Below the pieces are notes generated by a model. It did not search any database. It was not told the DNA's origin and saw only the letters and a program-made list of their open reading frames with translations. Shown here piece after piece: positions 63,760 through 64,000 of a stretch of 64,000 bases of DNA. The translations under genes were made by a program, and so were the position numbers. The stretch's first letter is position 1. Each line of letters starts with the position of its first letter. This DNA comes from Dicyema japonicum (taxonomy: Eukaryota > Animalia > Dicyemida), in assembly GCA_011109175.1 (NCBI GenBank), contig RDEW01000034.1, positions 150,504 through 214,503 of the forward strand, read 5' to 3'.

Positions 63760-64000
63760 AAAAGGAAAATTATTATGACAACCAGTGACATGTCTCGAAT
63801 GTTATCATCCATTTTTCCATCCCAATGACAGGAGTCGTCTGAAACAGATACACGATTTTGTTTCTACAAGAAGCATCCGAAGACTCGGAGACAATAAAAT
63901 ATTACAGCGACCCCCTCCTCCAATAGACCAATCAGAATCTTCTCTTTCAAAGGACGTGCGAGTAAACCTGGCTCGTCTACGATATGGGCACCACCAATAT
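63760..64000 (+). mobile_element. I-group LINE C-terminal fragment
   Basis: PPPIDQSESSLSKDVRVNLARLRYGH resembles the E..LP...R..LAQLRSG motif. Confidence 0.6.

Noticed and set aside
1-64000. Prokaryotic, ciliate or pure microsporidian origin
   Set aside because: Spliceosomal introns exclude prokaryotes; TAA/TAG act as stops, unlike Paramecium; intron-dense HPRT and LAMP-like genes with animal intron positions do not fit microsporidia

Overview
AT-rich eukaryotic genomic DNA, almost certainly from an animal parasite with ultra-short spliceosomal introns. I resolved 13 GT-AG introns of 21-26 nt, four of them at positions shared with human HPRT1. A dicyemid mesozoan or a myxozoan is the best fit (inference). 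Most of the window is decayed transposons: RLE-type non-LTR elements (CRE-like; R4/Dong-like), RTE-like and I-group APE LINEs, a tRNA-SINE, Merlin, MULE, hAT, Gypsy remnants and a foldback element. Host genes can be read once the micro-introns are spliced by eye: a cluster of four LAMP-domain-like type I membrane protein loci (one apparently intact), a frameshifted HPRT, a decayed GPATCH1, and two decayed TIS11/ZFP36-like tandem CCCH genes. Two segmental duplications are present. There is one N gap at 12186-12282, and many 1-nt homopolymer indels suggest consensus errors, so pseudogene calls are provisional. No rRNA, true tRNA or CRISPR was found. All identifications are by-eye motif recognition, no database searches were run, and boundaries of degenerate elements are approximate.
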